Origin: Actinomycetota bacterium
GTDB taxonomy: Bacteria; Actinomycetota; Acidimicrobiia; IMCC26256; PALSA-555
Direction: 5' to 3'
Length of the DNA stretch: 64,000 nt
Assembly: GCA_003140175.1 (NCBI GenBank)
Contig: PLJD01000048.1
Coordinates: 4,275-68,274 of the forward strand
Positions 25,776-35,455 of the stretch are shown piece after piece (within the stretch, counting starts at the first letter, position 1; each line of letters opens with the position of its first letter). The notes beneath the pieces are model-generated. The model ran no database searches. It was not told the DNA's origin and was given only the letters and a program-made list of their open reading frames with translations. The position numbers and the translations under genes are program-made.

Positions 25776-27122
25776 TCAGGCACTCAGCCGTCGGAACAGC
25801 GTGATCTGGGGCAGGAGCTGCTCCCGACGCTCCGGGTCCGTCACGCCGAGGCCTTCTTCGGGGGCGAGCACAAGGACGCCGAGCTTGCCTTCGTGGAGGT
25901 TGTGGTGCACTTCGTAGGCGGCGGCGCCCGCGTCGTCGAGGGTGAAGACGCGCGACAGCGTGGGATGGATCTTGCCGTCACAAACGAGCTGGTTCGCGGC
26001 CCATGCCTCGCGGTAGTTCGCGAAGTGGGAGCCCTTGATGGTCTTCAAGTTCATCCACAAGTACCGGTTGTCGTACTCGATGCTGAAGCCGCTCGTCGCC
26101 GCGCAGGTGATGATGAGCCCTCCACGCTTGGCGACGAACACCGACGCTCCCATCGTCTGGCGTCCAGGATGCTCGAAGACGATGTCGGGGTCGGTGCCGG
26201 CGAGCTCGCGGATCCGCTTGCCGAGCCGGCGCCACTGCGCGGGGTCCTGCGTGTGCTCGTCCTTCCAGAACTGGTACCCGTCGGCCGAGCGGTCGATGAC
26301 CCGCTCCACGCCGAGGCCGTGCAGGAGGGCGACCTTGTCGGGCGAGGACACCACCCCGACCGGGGTTCCGCCTCCGTTCAGCACGTACTGGCAGGCGTAG
26401 GCGCCGATCCCGCCGGTCGCTCCCCAGATCAGCACGGTCTGACCTTGGGTCATCTGCGCCCCGTGGGGACTCACGATCATCCGATAGCTGGTGGAGTTGC
26501 ACAACGCGTTGACCGCGGCCTCCTCCCAGGTCAGGTGGGCCGGCTTGGGCATCAGCTGGTTGGCCTTCACGAGCGCCACTTCGGCGAGGCCCCCGTAGTT
26601 GGACTCGAAGCCCCAGATCCGCTGGTTGGCGGCGAGCATCGCGTCGTCGTGCGACGACGGGTCCTGGTCGTCGACGTAGTTGCAGTGCACCGTCACCGCC
26701 TGGCCCGGCCGCCAGCGGCGCACCGCCGAGCCGACGCGCAGCACGACACCTGCCGCGTCGCTGCCGAGCACGTGGAACGGCTGGTTGTGACGCGCGCCCC
26801 AGACGCTCTCGGCGCCGAGCCGGGCCAGGAACTGGAACGTGGGCAGCGGCTCGAAGATGGCGCTCCACACCGTGTTGAAGTTGATCGACGACGCCATCAC
26901 CGCGACGTAGGCCTCGTCGGGTGCCAACTCGGGCAGCGCCACCTCGTCGATGTGCAGCGACCGGCGCGGATCCTTGTCCTCGGAGGCCATCCCCTCGAAC
27001 ATGTCCTGCTCGTCGGCGCGCACGACCGCGCCCCGGAACGATTCGGGGAGCTCGAGCGCGCCGATCTCCTCACCAGGTGCACCGTCGAGAATCGCGGCGC
27101 GCAGCGCGTCGACCTCACCCAT
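25776..27122 (-). CDS. ccr: Crotonyl-CoA carboxylase/reductase
   Basis: 448 aa, collinear with my memory of Streptomyces Ccr. DKDPRRSLHIDEV, VAVMASSINFNTVWSAIFEP, RIWGFESNYGGLAEVALVKANQLMPKP, YDNRYLWMNLKTIKGSHFANYREAW. Confidence 0.92.
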   Translation of the reverse strand: MGEVDALRAAILDGAPGEEIGALELPESFRGAVVRADEQDMFEGMASEDKDPRRSLHIDEVALPELAPDEAYVAVMASSINFNTVWSAIFEPLPTFQFLARLGAESVWGARHNQPFHVLGSDAAGVVLRVGSAVRRWRPGQAVTVHCNYVDDQDPSSHDDAMLAANQRIWGFESNYGGLAEVALVKANQLMPKPAHLTWEEAAVNALCNSTSYRMIVSPHGAQMTQGQTVLIWGATGGIGAYACQYVLNGGGTPVGVVSSPDKVALLHGLGVERVIDRSADGYQFWKDEHTQDPAQWRRLGKRIRELAGTDPDIVFEHPGRQTMGASVFVAKRGGLIITCAATSGFSIEYDNRYLWMNLKTIKGSHFANYREAWAANQLVCDGKIHPTLSRVFTLDDAGAAAYEVHHNLHEGKLGVLVLAPEEGLGVTDPERREQLLPQITLFRRLSA

Positions 27123-27180
27123 CGCGACGAACCCCGCTGGGCGAACCCACGCTGGCCGTGACGCTCGTGTCAGGTTCTGT

Positions 27181-27196
27181 GGTCGTGGTCACGACC
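27181..27196. promoter_or_regulatory. Perfect palindrome in the divergent ccr / thiolase intergenic region
   Basis: GGTCGTG-GT-CACGACC is a 7-bp inverted repeat with a 2-nt spacer. It lies 59 nt upstream of ccr and 103 nt upstream of the thiolase ATG. Confidence 0.35.
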
Positions 27197-27298
27197 CGAA
27201 CCCTACGCGGGCAGGCGGAGGGCGGGGCGGGTGCGAGGACCCGTTGCTACGATCGGCCGCCTCGCCTGCGCGTGACCCGTGACACTGAGGAGGCCTCG

Positions 27299-28486
27299 AT
27301 GCCAGGTTCGGTGATCGTCTCGTTCTCCCGCACACCGATCGGCAAGCTCTCGGGTGCGCTCTCGTCGCTCACGGCCATGGATCTGGGGGGACGAGCCATC
27401 CGGGGTGCGCTCGACCGGGGCGGCGTCGAGCCCGAGCAGGTCGACTACGTCGTCATGGGCCAGGTGCTCCAGGCGGGTCAGGGCCAGATCACCGCCCGGC
27501 AAGCCGCCGTGCAGGCCGGCATCCCGATGTCGGTACCGGCGCTCACGATCAACAAGGTCTGCCTCTCGGGCCTCAACGCGGTGTACCTCGCCGACCAGAT
27601 GATCCAGGCCGGTGACGCCGAGATCGTCGTGGCCGGCGGCATGGAGTCGATGACGAACGCGCCGTATCTCCTCCCGAAGGCTCGGGCCGGCTACCGCATG
27701 GGCAACGGCGAGCTGATCGACTCGTTGATCCAGGACGGCCTGTGGTGCGCATTCGACGCGGTGCACATGGGCTCGGGCACCGAGCAATACACCGGCCAGT
27801 TCGGTGGCCTGACCCGGGCGGCCCAAGACGAACTGGCCGCCCGGAGCCACGAGCGCGCCGCCGCCGCCCAGAAGGAAGGCCGATTCGCCGACGAGATCAC
27901 CCCGGTCGCCATCCCACAGCGCAGAGGTGACCCGATCCTCGTCGAGGCCGACGAAGGCGTGCGACCCGAGACGACCGCCGAGTCGCTCGGCGCGCTCAAA
28001 CCCGCCTTCGCGGCGGACGGCACGATCACCGCGGGCAACGCCTCGCAGATCTCGGACGGCGCGGCCGCCATCATCGTGACGAGCCGCTCGAAGGCCGAGG
28101 AGCTCGGCCTGGCCACCGTCGCCGAGCTCGTGAGCTTCGGCATGGTCGCCGGTCCCGACGCGTCGCTGCTGCGCCAGCCCTCCCGGGCGATCCAGCGGGC
28201 GCTGGAGCCAATCGACAAGACGGTGGCGGACCTCGACCTCGTCGAGCTCAACGAGGCCTTCGCCGCAGTCGGGTTGGCATCCATGAAGGACCTGGGCATC
28301 GCGGACGACATCGTCAACGTCAACGGCGGCGCGATCGCACTCGGCCATCCCATCGGCATGTCGGGAGCTCGGGTACTGATGACACTGATCAACGAGCTGC
28401 GCCGCCGCGGCGGTGGCCTCGGAGCCGCCGCGCTCTGCGGTGGCGGCGGCCAGGGCGACGCCGCCGTCGTGTCGGTCCCCGCCTAG
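27299..28486 (+). CDS. Acetyl-CoA acetyltransferase (thiolase II)
   Basis: ATG 27299 with TGAGGAGG upstream (the ORF extends to 26921). TINKVCLSGLNAV (active Cys), NVNGGAIALGHPIGMSGAR and ALCGGGGQG motifs. Confidence 0.92.
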   Translation: MPGSVIVSFSRTPIGKLSGALSSLTAMDLGGRAIRGALDRGGVEPEQVDYVVMGQVLQAGQGQITARQAAVQAGIPMSVPALTINKVCLSGLNAVYLADQMIQAGDAEIVVAGGMESMTNAPYLLPKARAGYRMGNGELIDSLIQDGLWCAFDAVHMGSGTEQYTGQFGGLTRAAQDELAARSHERAAAAQKEGRFADEITPVAIPQRRGDPILVEADEGVRPETTAESLGALKPAFAADGTITAGNASQISDGAAAIIVTSRSKAEELGLATVAELVSFGMVAGPDASLLRQPSRAIQRALEPIDKTVADLDLVELNEAFAAVGLASMKDLGIADDIVNVNGGAIALGHPIGMSGARVLMTLINELRRRGGGLGAAALCGGGGQGDAAVVSVPA

Positions 28487-28525
28487 GGCGAGACCGGCTC
28501 CTCACCGCGGGTCGCTACGCTGCCC

Positions 28526-28921
28526 GTGATGGCTGCGATCCGGCTGCCGCAGGCGTTCGGCGACACGACATCAGTCGACCTTCGGGCGATGCGCGGCGTC
28601 GGAGCCGCGATGCTCGGGATCGCCGCGGTGCGCCCGCTGATCCCGTTCGAGTTCGTCCCGCCCTGCCCGCTGCGCACCCTCACCGGCATCCCCTGCCCGC
28701 TGTGCGGGATGACCCGCGGCGTCACCGCCGCAGTCCACGCCCAGTTCGGCAAAGCCCTGTTCTTGAACCCGGGCAGCATCGTGGTAGTGGCGGCCGCCGT
28801 GTTCCTCCTGTTCGCGTGGCGGGCGAAACGAATCACGATCCCCGTGTGGCTCATCGTGACCGTCTTGGCGCTCATGTGGTCCTGGCAGCTCTTCAAGTAC
28901 GCCACCGGCCGACCGCTCTGA
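28526..28921 (+). CDS. DUF2752 family membrane protein
   Basis: 131 aa. CPLRTLTGIPCPLCGMTRG matches the DUF2752 Cys motif, followed by TM helices. Confidence 0.65.
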   Translation: MMAAIRLPQAFGDTTSVDLRAMRGVGAAMLGIAAVRPLIPFEFVPPCPLRTLTGIPCPLCGMTRGVTAAVHAQFGKALFLNPGSIVVVAAAVFLLFAWRAKRITIPVWLIVTVLALMWSWQLFKYATGRPL

Positions 28922-28927
28922 GCTGAC

Positions 28928-29566
28928 GTGGAGCCGGCGCGACCCGTCCCTCCCTTCACCATCAGCGACACCGTCACCTACAGCTGGAACGCGACGCTCC
29001 GGAACTTCGGGCCGCTCATGCTCGTGTCGCTCGTCGTGTTCGTCGGCAACGCGCTCGCCATCCTGATCGGCGAGGCGAACGGCACGGTCGGCCTGGACCT
29101 CGCGTTCAACCTGATCGCGGTCCTCGTCGACCTGCTGCTCGTCCTCGGGCTGATCCGGGCGTCGCTCGATGTCGTCCAGGGCCGCCGACCGTCGGTGGGT
29201 GAGGTGTTCCGCCCCGAAGGCGTCGGCCCCTACCTCGTCGCCTCGATCTTCTACCTCGTCGGCGTGTACCTCGGACTCGTCGTCCTGGTACTCCCCGGGG
29301 TGGTCTTCGGCGTCATCTTCCAGTTCTACGGCTACGTCGTCGCGGAGCATCCCGACGTATCGGCCATGACGGCGTTGCGACGCTCCGCCGAGATCACGAA
29401 GGGGACCCGGCTGCGGCTCGTCGGCCTCGCGGGAGTGCTCTTCCTCGTGAACGTCACGGGCGCGCTGGTGTGCGTGGTCGGCCTCGTCGTCACCTACGCC
29501 ATCACCGCCATCGCCATCGCGTACACGTACCGAATCCTCACCGACCAGCCCGTCGCCACGCTCTGA
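28928..29566 (+). CDS. Hypothetical integral membrane protein (about 5 TM)
   Basis: GTG start 7 nt after the DUF2752 stop. 212 aa and strongly hydrophobic. No family recognised with confidence. Confidence 0.5.
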   Translation: MEPARPVPPFTISDTVTYSWNATLRNFGPLMLVSLVVFVGNALAILIGEANGTVGLDLAFNLIAVLVDLLLVLGLIRASLDVVQGRRPSVGEVFRPEGVGPYLVASIFYLVGVYLGLVVLVLPGVVFGVIFQFYGYVVAEHPDVSAMTALRRSAEITKGTRLRLVGLAGVLFLVNVTGALVCVVGLVVTYAITAIAIAYTYRILTDQPVATL

Positions 29567-29651
29567 CCCAAATCCGACTTGCGGAGTCGGCATTTGATCC
29601 GTAGCGTCCACGGTCGTCCGTCTGCCACCACTTCCCCTCGAGGTGCCGACC

Positions 29652-30953
29652 ATGTCCGAGTCCTGGGGCTTTGAGACGAAGCAAGTTCACAGCGGCGCCA
29701 CCGCAGATCCGACCACCGGTGCGCGTGCGGTCCCGATCTACCAGACGACCAGCTTCGTGTTCCGCGACACCGCGCACGCCGCCGCCCTCTTCGGCCTCGA
29801 AGAGCTCGGCAACATCTACACGCGGATCATGAACCCGACCCAGGCGGTGTTCGAGGACCGCGTCGCGGCCCTCGAAGGCGGGGTCGGCGCGCTCGCGACG
29901 GCGAGCGGGCAGGCCGCCGAGACCATCGGGTTGCTCAACCTCGGCCAGCACGGCGACCACATCGTGGCGTCGGCCTCGCTCTACGGCGGGACGTACAACC
30001 TCCTCCACTACACGCTGCCGAAGATGGGCTGGGACGTCACGTTCATCGACGATCCCGACGATCTCGACGCGTGGCGCAAGGCCATCAAGCCCAACACCCG
30101 CGTCTTCTACGGCGAGTCGGTGGGGAACCCCAAGAACGACGTGTTGGACATCGAGGGGATCGCCGGCGTCGCGCACGACGCTGGGATCCCGCTCATGATC
30201 GACAACACCGTCACCACCCCGTACCTGTGCCAGCCCCTGAACTGGGGGGCCGACATCGTGGTGCACTCGGCGACCAAGTTCATCGGCGGGCACGGCACGT
30301 CGATCGGCGGGGTCATCGTCGACGGCGGGAAGTTCGACTACGTCGCCAGCGGCCGTCACCCGGTGTTCACCGAGCCCGACCCGAGCTACCACGGCCTGAT
30401 CTACTCGCAGCTGCCCGAGCCGCTGCGCCCCGCGCAGTACATCCTCAAGGCCCGGCTCCAGCTCATGCGCGACGTGGGCGCGCCGGTCTCGCCGTTCAAC
30501 GCGTTCTTGTTCCTCCAGGGCCTCGAGACGCTCTCGGTGCGCATGGATCGGCACTGCCAGAACGGGCAGGCGGTCGCCGAGTGGCTCGAAGCCCGCGACG
30601 AGGTCGAGTGGGTCTACTACCCCGGCTTGGCGTCCAGCCGCTGGCACGATCGGGCCAACCGGTACCTGCCCCGCGGCAAGGGCGCGATCCTCGCGTTCGG
30701 GATCAAGGGCGGACTCGAGGCCGGGAAGCGATTCATCGAGGGCCTCGAGCTGTTCAGCCACCTCGCCAACGTGGGTGACGTGCGGAGCCTCGCGATCCAC
30801 CCCGCGTCGACGACGCACTCCCAGCTCGCCCCCGAGGAGCAGATCTCGGCGGGCGTGTCGCCCGACCTGGTGCGCTTGTGCATCGGGATCGAGACGCTCG
30901 ACGACATCCTCGCCGACCTCGAAGCGGGCTTCCGCGCCGCCAAGGGGGCGTGA
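29652..30953 (+). CDS. metY: O-acetylhomoserine sulfhydrylase (aminocarboxypropyltransferase), PLP-dependent
   Basis: WGFETKQVHSG, PIYQTTSF, YTRIMNPT and SATKFIGGHGTSIGG (PLP Lys) motifs. ATG 29652 has GAGG upstream. GTG 29643 is the alternative start. Confidence 0.9.
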   Translation: MSESWGFETKQVHSGATADPTTGARAVPIYQTTSFVFRDTAHAAALFGLEELGNIYTRIMNPTQAVFEDRVAALEGGVGALATASGQAAETIGLLNLGQHGDHIVASASLYGGTYNLLHYTLPKMGWDVTFIDDPDDLDAWRKAIKPNTRVFYGESVGNPKNDVLDIEGIAGVAHDAGIPLMIDNTVTTPYLCQPLNWGADIVVHSATKFIGGHGTSIGGVIVDGGKFDYVASGRHPVFTEPDPSYHGLIYSQLPEPLRPAQYILKARLQLMRDVGAPVSPFNAFLFLQGLETLSVRMDRHCQNGQAVAEWLEARDEVEWVYYPGLASSRWHDRANRYLPRGKGAILAFGIKGGLEAGKRFIEGLELFSHLANVGDVRSLAIHPASTTHSQLAPEEQISAGVSPDLVRLCIGIETLDDILADLEAGFRAAKGA

Positions 30954-31017
30954 GGACCCCATCGGGCCGGGACGCGACGGTCCCGGCGATGGCAGAGCGC
31001 GAGTGGAGGCCGGCGCG

Positions 31018-32145
31018 ATGACGCTCCCCGTGTCGGGGGCCTGGCGGCCCGGCGACTCCCCCGGACGGCGCCAGTTCTGTTCGCTGTTCGAGCACCGACC
31101 CCATGCGCTCGAGGCGGGCGGCCACCTCGAGGCGGTGCAGGTCGCCTACGAGACGTGGGGCCGCCTGGCCCCCGACACCGCCAACGCGGTGCTCGTGCTC
31201 CACGCGCTGACCGGCGACAGTCACGCCGCGGGGCCGGCCGGGCCGGGCTCGCCCCAGCCGGGGTGGTGGGATCCGATGATCGGCCCGGGACTGGCGATCG
31301 ACACCGACCGGTACTTCGTGGTGTGCCCCAACGTGCTCGGAGGCTGTCAGGGCACGACCGGCCCAGCCTCGCCGGGCCCCGGTGGACGCCCCTACGGCGC
31401 GCGCTTCCCGGTCATCACGGTCCGAGACCAGGTCGTCGTCGAGGCGGGCCTCGCCGACCAGCTCGGCATTCAGCGTTGGCACGCGGTCGTCGGCGGTTCG
31501 ATGGGGGGCATGCGCGTACTCGAGTGGGCGGTCGGCTTCCCCGAGCGGCTGGCCCGCGCCATCGTGATCTCGGTCGGGGCCAAGGCCACCGCGGAGCAGA
31601 TCGGTCTGTGCTCGGTGCAGTGCCGCGCCATCCGCGCCGACCCCGCGTGGCGGGGCGGCGACTACTACGACGCCGCCCCGGGCGACGGACCCCACGGCGG
31701 GCTCTCGCTCGCGCGCGGCATCGGCCAGATCAGCTACCGGTCCGAGCTGGAGTTCGACAACCGATTCGGGCGCGACCACCAAGGCGACGAGGACCCCCTC
31801 GAGGGTGGTCGATACGCGGTGGAGTCCTACCTCGAGTACCACGGCGAGAAGCTGGTTCGCCGATTCGACGCGAACAGCTACCTCACCCTGAGCGAAGCGA
31901 TGAACCACCACGACGTGGGGCGGGGCCGAGGCGGCGTGCGGGCCGCCCTCCAGCGGGTCGTCGCCGACGTGACGGTGGCTGGGATCTCCTCCGACCGGCT
32001 GTACCCGCTGCGGCTCCAGCAGGAGCTCGCCGACTGCGTTCCCACCGCGTCGGGCGTGGCGGTCATCGAATCGGAGCACGGCCACGACGGCTTCCTCGTC
32101 GAAGTGGAAGCGGTTGGGAAGGTCGTCGCCGGCGCCCTGGCGTGA
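31018..32145 (+). CDS. metX: Homoserine O-acetyltransferase
   Basis: ATG 31018 (the ORF extends to 30775). LHALTGDSHA, VVGGSMGGM and HGHDGFL alpha/beta-hydrolase motifs. Directly after metY. Confidence 0.9.
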   Translation: MTLPVSGAWRPGDSPGRRQFCSLFEHRPHALEAGGHLEAVQVAYETWGRLAPDTANAVLVLHALTGDSHAAGPAGPGSPQPGWWDPMIGPGLAIDTDRYFVVCPNVLGGCQGTTGPASPGPGGRPYGARFPVITVRDQVVVEAGLADQLGIQRWHAVVGGSMGGMRVLEWAVGFPERLARAIVISVGAKATAEQIGLCSVQCRAIRADPAWRGGDYYDAAPGDGPHGGLSLARGIGQISYRSELEFDNRFGRDHQGDEDPLEGGRYAVESYLEYHGEKLVRRFDANSYLTLSEAMNHHDVGRGRGGVRAALQRVVADVTVAGISSDRLYPLRLQQELADCVPTASGVAVIESEHGHDGFLVEVEAVGKVVAGALA

Positions 32146-32160
32146 GTGGGTGTGGTCCGC

Positions 32161-32766
32161 TCAGGTGTCGACCTCGCGGCGACCCTCGAACGCCCTCCCC
32201 AGGGTCACCTCGTCCGCGTATTCGAGGTCACCGCCGACGGGCAGCCCGCTGGCCGGGCGGGTGACGGTGACACCGAGGGGTTTGAGCAACCGGGCGAGGT
32301 ACATGGCGGTCGCCTCGCCCTCGATGTTCGGGTTCGTGGCCAGGATCACCTCGGTGACGTCCTCCTCACCCACCCGGCGCACCAGCTCCTTGACGCGCAG
32401 CTGCTCCGGGCCGATCCCCTCGATCGGGGAGATCGCGCCCTGCAGAACGTGGTAGCGGCCTCGGAACTCGTGGGTCCGTTCGACGGCGACGATGTCGCGG
32501 GGCTCTTCGACCACACACAACTGACTCGGGTCGCGGCGATCGTCCTGGCAGTACGAGCAGAGCTCCCCTTGGGCGATGTTGAAGCACCGCCGGCACCAGG
32601 TCACGCGGGCCTTGGCGTCGGTGATGGCCGCCGCGAGGCGGCGAGCATCCTCGGGCGTCGCCTTCAGCAGGTAGTACGCGATGCGCTGGGCCGACTTCGG
32701 CCCGATGCCGGGCAGTCGACCTAACTCATCGATGAGGGTCTGGACCGGCGCTTCGTAGAGGCTCAC
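32161..32766 (-). CDS. recR: Recombination protein RecR
   Basis: GTG 32766 gives [34 protein letters not shown]. Zinc finger [16 protein letters not shown] and a Toprim domain. Confidence 0.93.
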   Translation of the reverse strand: MSLYEAPVQTLIDELGRLPGIGPKSAQRIAYYLLKATPEDARRLAAAITDAKARVTWCRRCFNIAQGELCSYCQDDRRDPSQLCVVEEPRDIVAVERTHEFRGRYHVLQGAISPIEGIGPEQLRVKELVRRVGEEDVTEVILATNPNIEGEATAMYLARLLKPLGVTVTRPASGLPVGGDLEYADEVTLGRAFEGRREVDT

Positions 32767-32782
32767 AGATGTGCTCGGTATC

Positions 32783-33127
32783 TCAGCCGAGCAGCCCACC
32801 TAGGGAACCGAGGTCGACGCCTCCGGTGACCGAACCCATCGACTCGGCCTGCAGCTCCTGCGCGGCGCGCAGGGCTTCGGTGACGGCGGCGACGACGAGG
32901 TCCTCGAGCATCTCGACGTCGTCGGGGTCGACGACGTCAGGTGAGATCGACACCGCGCGCAACTCGCCGTTGCCGCTCGCCGTCGCCTTCACCATCCCGC
33001 CGCCCGCGGAGCCCTCGACGGTCTGCGCGGCGAGCGCGGCTTGGGCGTCGGACATGTCCTGCTGCATGCGCTGCATCTGGCGCATGAGGTTCGCCTGGGG
33101 ATTGGCCTGGGGTTTCTGTTTCGCCAC
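32783..33127 (-). CDS. ybaB: Nucleoid-associated protein YbaB/EbfC
   Basis: 114 aa. [11 protein letters not shown]...[18 protein letters not shown]...I. Canonical position between dnaX and recR. Confidence 0.9.
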   Translation of the reverse strand: MAKQKPQANPQANLMRQMQRMQQDMSDAQAALAAQTVEGSAGGGMVKATASGNGELRAVSISPDVVDPDDVEMLEDLVVAAVTEALRAAQELQAESMGSVTGGVDLGSLGGLLG

Positions 33128-33137
33128 GGAACGCTCC

Positions 33138-34913
33138 TCAGTGGCGGGGGACTTCGTCGACGACGGTAGCGCCGAGCTCCTCGGTGAGCCGCGCCTCGGG
33201 CCGGTGCGGCGGCGCGTCGGTGAGGTCGATTGCCTCCTCGAGCTCGGCGGAGTCGGGGCCGGGCTCGGGGGGCGGCGCGTCGGGTGGGTTGTCGGGGCGG
33301 CGGTCGGCGTCCCCGACGGCGGTGAAGCGCTCGTCGGCGACGAGGGTGAACTTCACGTGGTGGCCGAGGCGCTCGGCGAGTGCGGCGCGGATCGTGTCCG
33401 CTTCCTTCTTGAAGCGGGGCCGGGCCGCTTCGAGCAGACCCGGGGCGACGCCGAAGGTGACGACATCGTCGGCGACCTCGATCGGCTGCGCGGATTGGAC
33501 CGCGGCTCGGGTTGCGGGCGAGAAGCCGGGGAGCAGTGCCGCCCAGGCCACGATCACGTCGTCGAGCTCGAGCGGAGCCCCGTCGTGGGGCGTGGGGGGC
33601 GGGGCAGGCGGCGGCGCCTCGGGCGCGGGCGGGGTGGGCGGGGGGGTTGCCTCGCCGGACGCCCGCAGCGAGCCGATCGTCCGGCCCGGTCCTCGGGGCG
33701 CCGAGGCGGGAGTGGAGGGCTTGGCCGACGCCGGGGCGCCACCTCCGGTCGGGGCACTCATGGTCGCGCCGCGCTCGAGACGCTCGATGCGCTCGATCAC
33801 GGTCTGGAGAGGAGGGCCGGCGTCGCGGCGACTGAGCCGCACCAGGGCGACTTCGAGCACGAGCCGGGGGTCGGCGGCGTCGACGCCGCGCATGTCGACG
33901 ATCGCCTGGCCCAGGGTCTCGACGACGCGGACCAACGCCGCGTTGCCCAGCCGCTCACCGAGGTCGCTTAGCGCGGCTTGGTCGGCGGCGGGTGCGGTGA
34001 TCGGTACGCGCCCGCCGCCGGCGCTGAGCAAGAACGTGTCGCGTGCGGCGACGAGGAGGTCTTCGGCCACCCGGCGAGGCTCGTGGCCGGCGGCGAGCAA
34101 TTCGCCGAGCGCGACCAGCGCGCCCGTGGTGTCTTCGTTGGCGATCGCGTCGAGGACGTGGACCCGCAGCGCGAACGGGGTCGAGCCGAACAGTGCGGCG
34201 ACGGTGGCCGCGTCGAGCCGGCCGTCAGCGCCGGCGATCGCCTGATCGAGCAGCGACTCCGCGTCGCGCGCCGAGCCGCCGGCGGCCGTGGCGATCGTCT
34301 CGAGCGCGGCGGCGTCGAACTCGATCCCCTCGCGTTGGAGCAGGTCGGCGAGGCGCGCCTCGATCTCGTTGGGGGCGAGCAGGCTGAACTGGAGGTGCTG
34401 GGTGCGCGACCGGATGGTCGGGAGCACCTCCTCGGGGTTGGTGGTCGCCAGTACGAAGACGACGTGCTCGGGTGGTTCCTCGATGCTCTTGAGCAGCGTG
34501 TTCGCCGACTCCTTGGTGAGCATGTGGACCTCGTCGAGGATGTACACCGTGCGGCGCCCGCCGAAGCCCTTATGGGCGAGCTGCTCGCGCAGCTCTCGGG
34601 CGTCGTCGACCTTGCGTTTCGACGCGGCGTCGATTTCGAAGAGGTCGAGGAAGGTGCCCGCCGCGATGGCGCGACAGTTCTCACACTCGCCGCACGGCTC
34701 GCCGTCCTCACCGAGGTTCGTGCAGTTCAGAGCCTTCGCCAGGATGCGGGCCGTGCTGGTCTTGCCGGTGCCGCGGGGTCCAGAGAACAGGTACGCGTGT
34801 CCGACCCGGTCGTCACGCACCGCGTTGCGAAGGGCGTGGGTGACGGGCTCCTGGCCGCGCAGCTCGGAGAAGCGCTGCGGCCGGTACTTGCGGTAGAGGG
34901 CTTGGTAGGCCAC
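33138..34913 (-). CDS. dnaX: DNA polymerase III subunits gamma/tau
   Basis: GTG 34913 gives VAYQALYRKYRPQRFSEL. GPRGTGKTS Walker A, Zn module CGECENC and DEVHML. Pro-rich linker and C-terminal tau domain. Confidence 0.93.
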   Translation of the reverse strand: MAYQALYRKYRPQRFSELRGQEPVTHALRNAVRDDRVGHAYLFSGPRGTGKTSTARILAKALNCTNLGEDGEPCGECENCRAIAAGTFLDLFEIDAASKRKVDDARELREQLAHKGFGGRRTVYILDEVHMLTKESANTLLKSIEEPPEHVVFVLATTNPEEVLPTIRSRTQHLQFSLLAPNEIEARLADLLQREGIEFDAAALETIATAAGGSARDAESLLDQAIAGADGRLDAATVAALFGSTPFALRVHVLDAIANEDTTGALVALGELLAAGHEPRRVAEDLLVAARDTFLLSAGGGRVPITAPAADQAALSDLGERLGNAALVRVVETLGQAIVDMRGVDAADPRLVLEVALVRLSRRDAGPPLQTVIERIERLERGATMSAPTGGGAPASAKPSTPASAPRGPGRTIGSLRASGEATPPPTPPAPEAPPPAPPPTPHDGAPLELDDVIVAWAALLPGFSPATRAAVQSAQPIEVADDVVTFGVAPGLLEAARPRFKKEADTIRAALAERLGHHVKFTLVADERFTAVGDADRRPDNPPDAPPPEPGPDSAELEEAIDLTDAPPHRPEARLTEELGATVVDEVPRH

Positions 34914-35037
34914 GGACGGACTGTACCGACGGAGACCGACCGGGCGGCACCGATCAGCCCGGCGGGGGTGCGGACCGTGCACCCGCCGTCGACCCGACCG
35001 CTACCCGAGGCGGCGCCCGGCGGCGGCTCCGGCCAGG

Positions 35038-35124
35038 CTTGCCTGCGGCACACGGGACAGTCCGCTGAGAGCTGCTTCCTTCCGGACCTGACTCGGTTTG
35101 CGAGATCCCGTTGCGCAGGACCCG
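35038..35124 (-). ncRNA. ffs: Signal recognition particle RNA (small / 4.5S type); ends approximate (about +/-10 nt)
   Basis: The minus strand reads CCTGCGCAACGGGATCTCGCAAACCGAGTCAGGTCCGGAAGGAAGCAGCTCTCAGCGGACTGTCCCGTGTGCCGCAGG. It contains the universal GTCAGGTCCGGAAGGAAGCAGC core and a closing helix CCTGCG/CGCAGG. It lies upstream of dnaX, as is usual. Confidence 0.88.
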
Positions 35125-35286
35125 ACCCTCAACACCGTCACACGGGTCCGCTCGAGCAGCGGCCCGAGCCTCGGGCGGGAGTTCAGCCCCCCATACGTGG
35201 ATTGGGGGTACAGGGCACCACGAGCTCCCCGCCTAGCACGGTCCGCGCTGGCAGGTTAGCGCCGGTGCCTACCATGCCGTCCTCTG

Positions 35287-35369
35287 GGAGGGATGCGAGA
35301 GCGGACGAATCGGCACGCCTGGAGAGCGTGTGTGGGGCAACTCACCGTGGGTTCGAATCCCACTCCCTC
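35287..35369 (+). tRNA. tRNA-Ser (anticodon GGA), CCA not encoded
   Basis: Acceptor GGAGGGA/TCCCTCC, anticodon stem CACGC/GCGTG with loop CTGGAGA, long variable arm, T arm GTGGG-TTCGAAT-CCCAC, discriminator G. Confidence 0.9.
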
Positions 35370-35455
35370 CGCCCGCCGGCCTCGGCTGTTGCCCTCGGTC
35401 TGGCGCGTCCCTCGGGCGGCGGACGGCGCAGGTGGATACTGGACCCGTGAGTGCG

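Noticed and set aside
29567-29651. Possible SAM riboswitch (S-box or SAM-IV) upstream of metY-metX.
   Set aside because: The leader is only about 80 nt, and I could not find the conserved SAM-IV or S-box core strings or a convincing multi-helix fold.
33138-34913. Programmed -1 frameshift site in dnaX (gamma/tau), as in E. coli.
   Set aside because: I noticed no A-rich slippery heptamer (A AAA AAG type) or downstream hairpin when reading the gene. High-GC actinobacteria are not known to use this mechanism.
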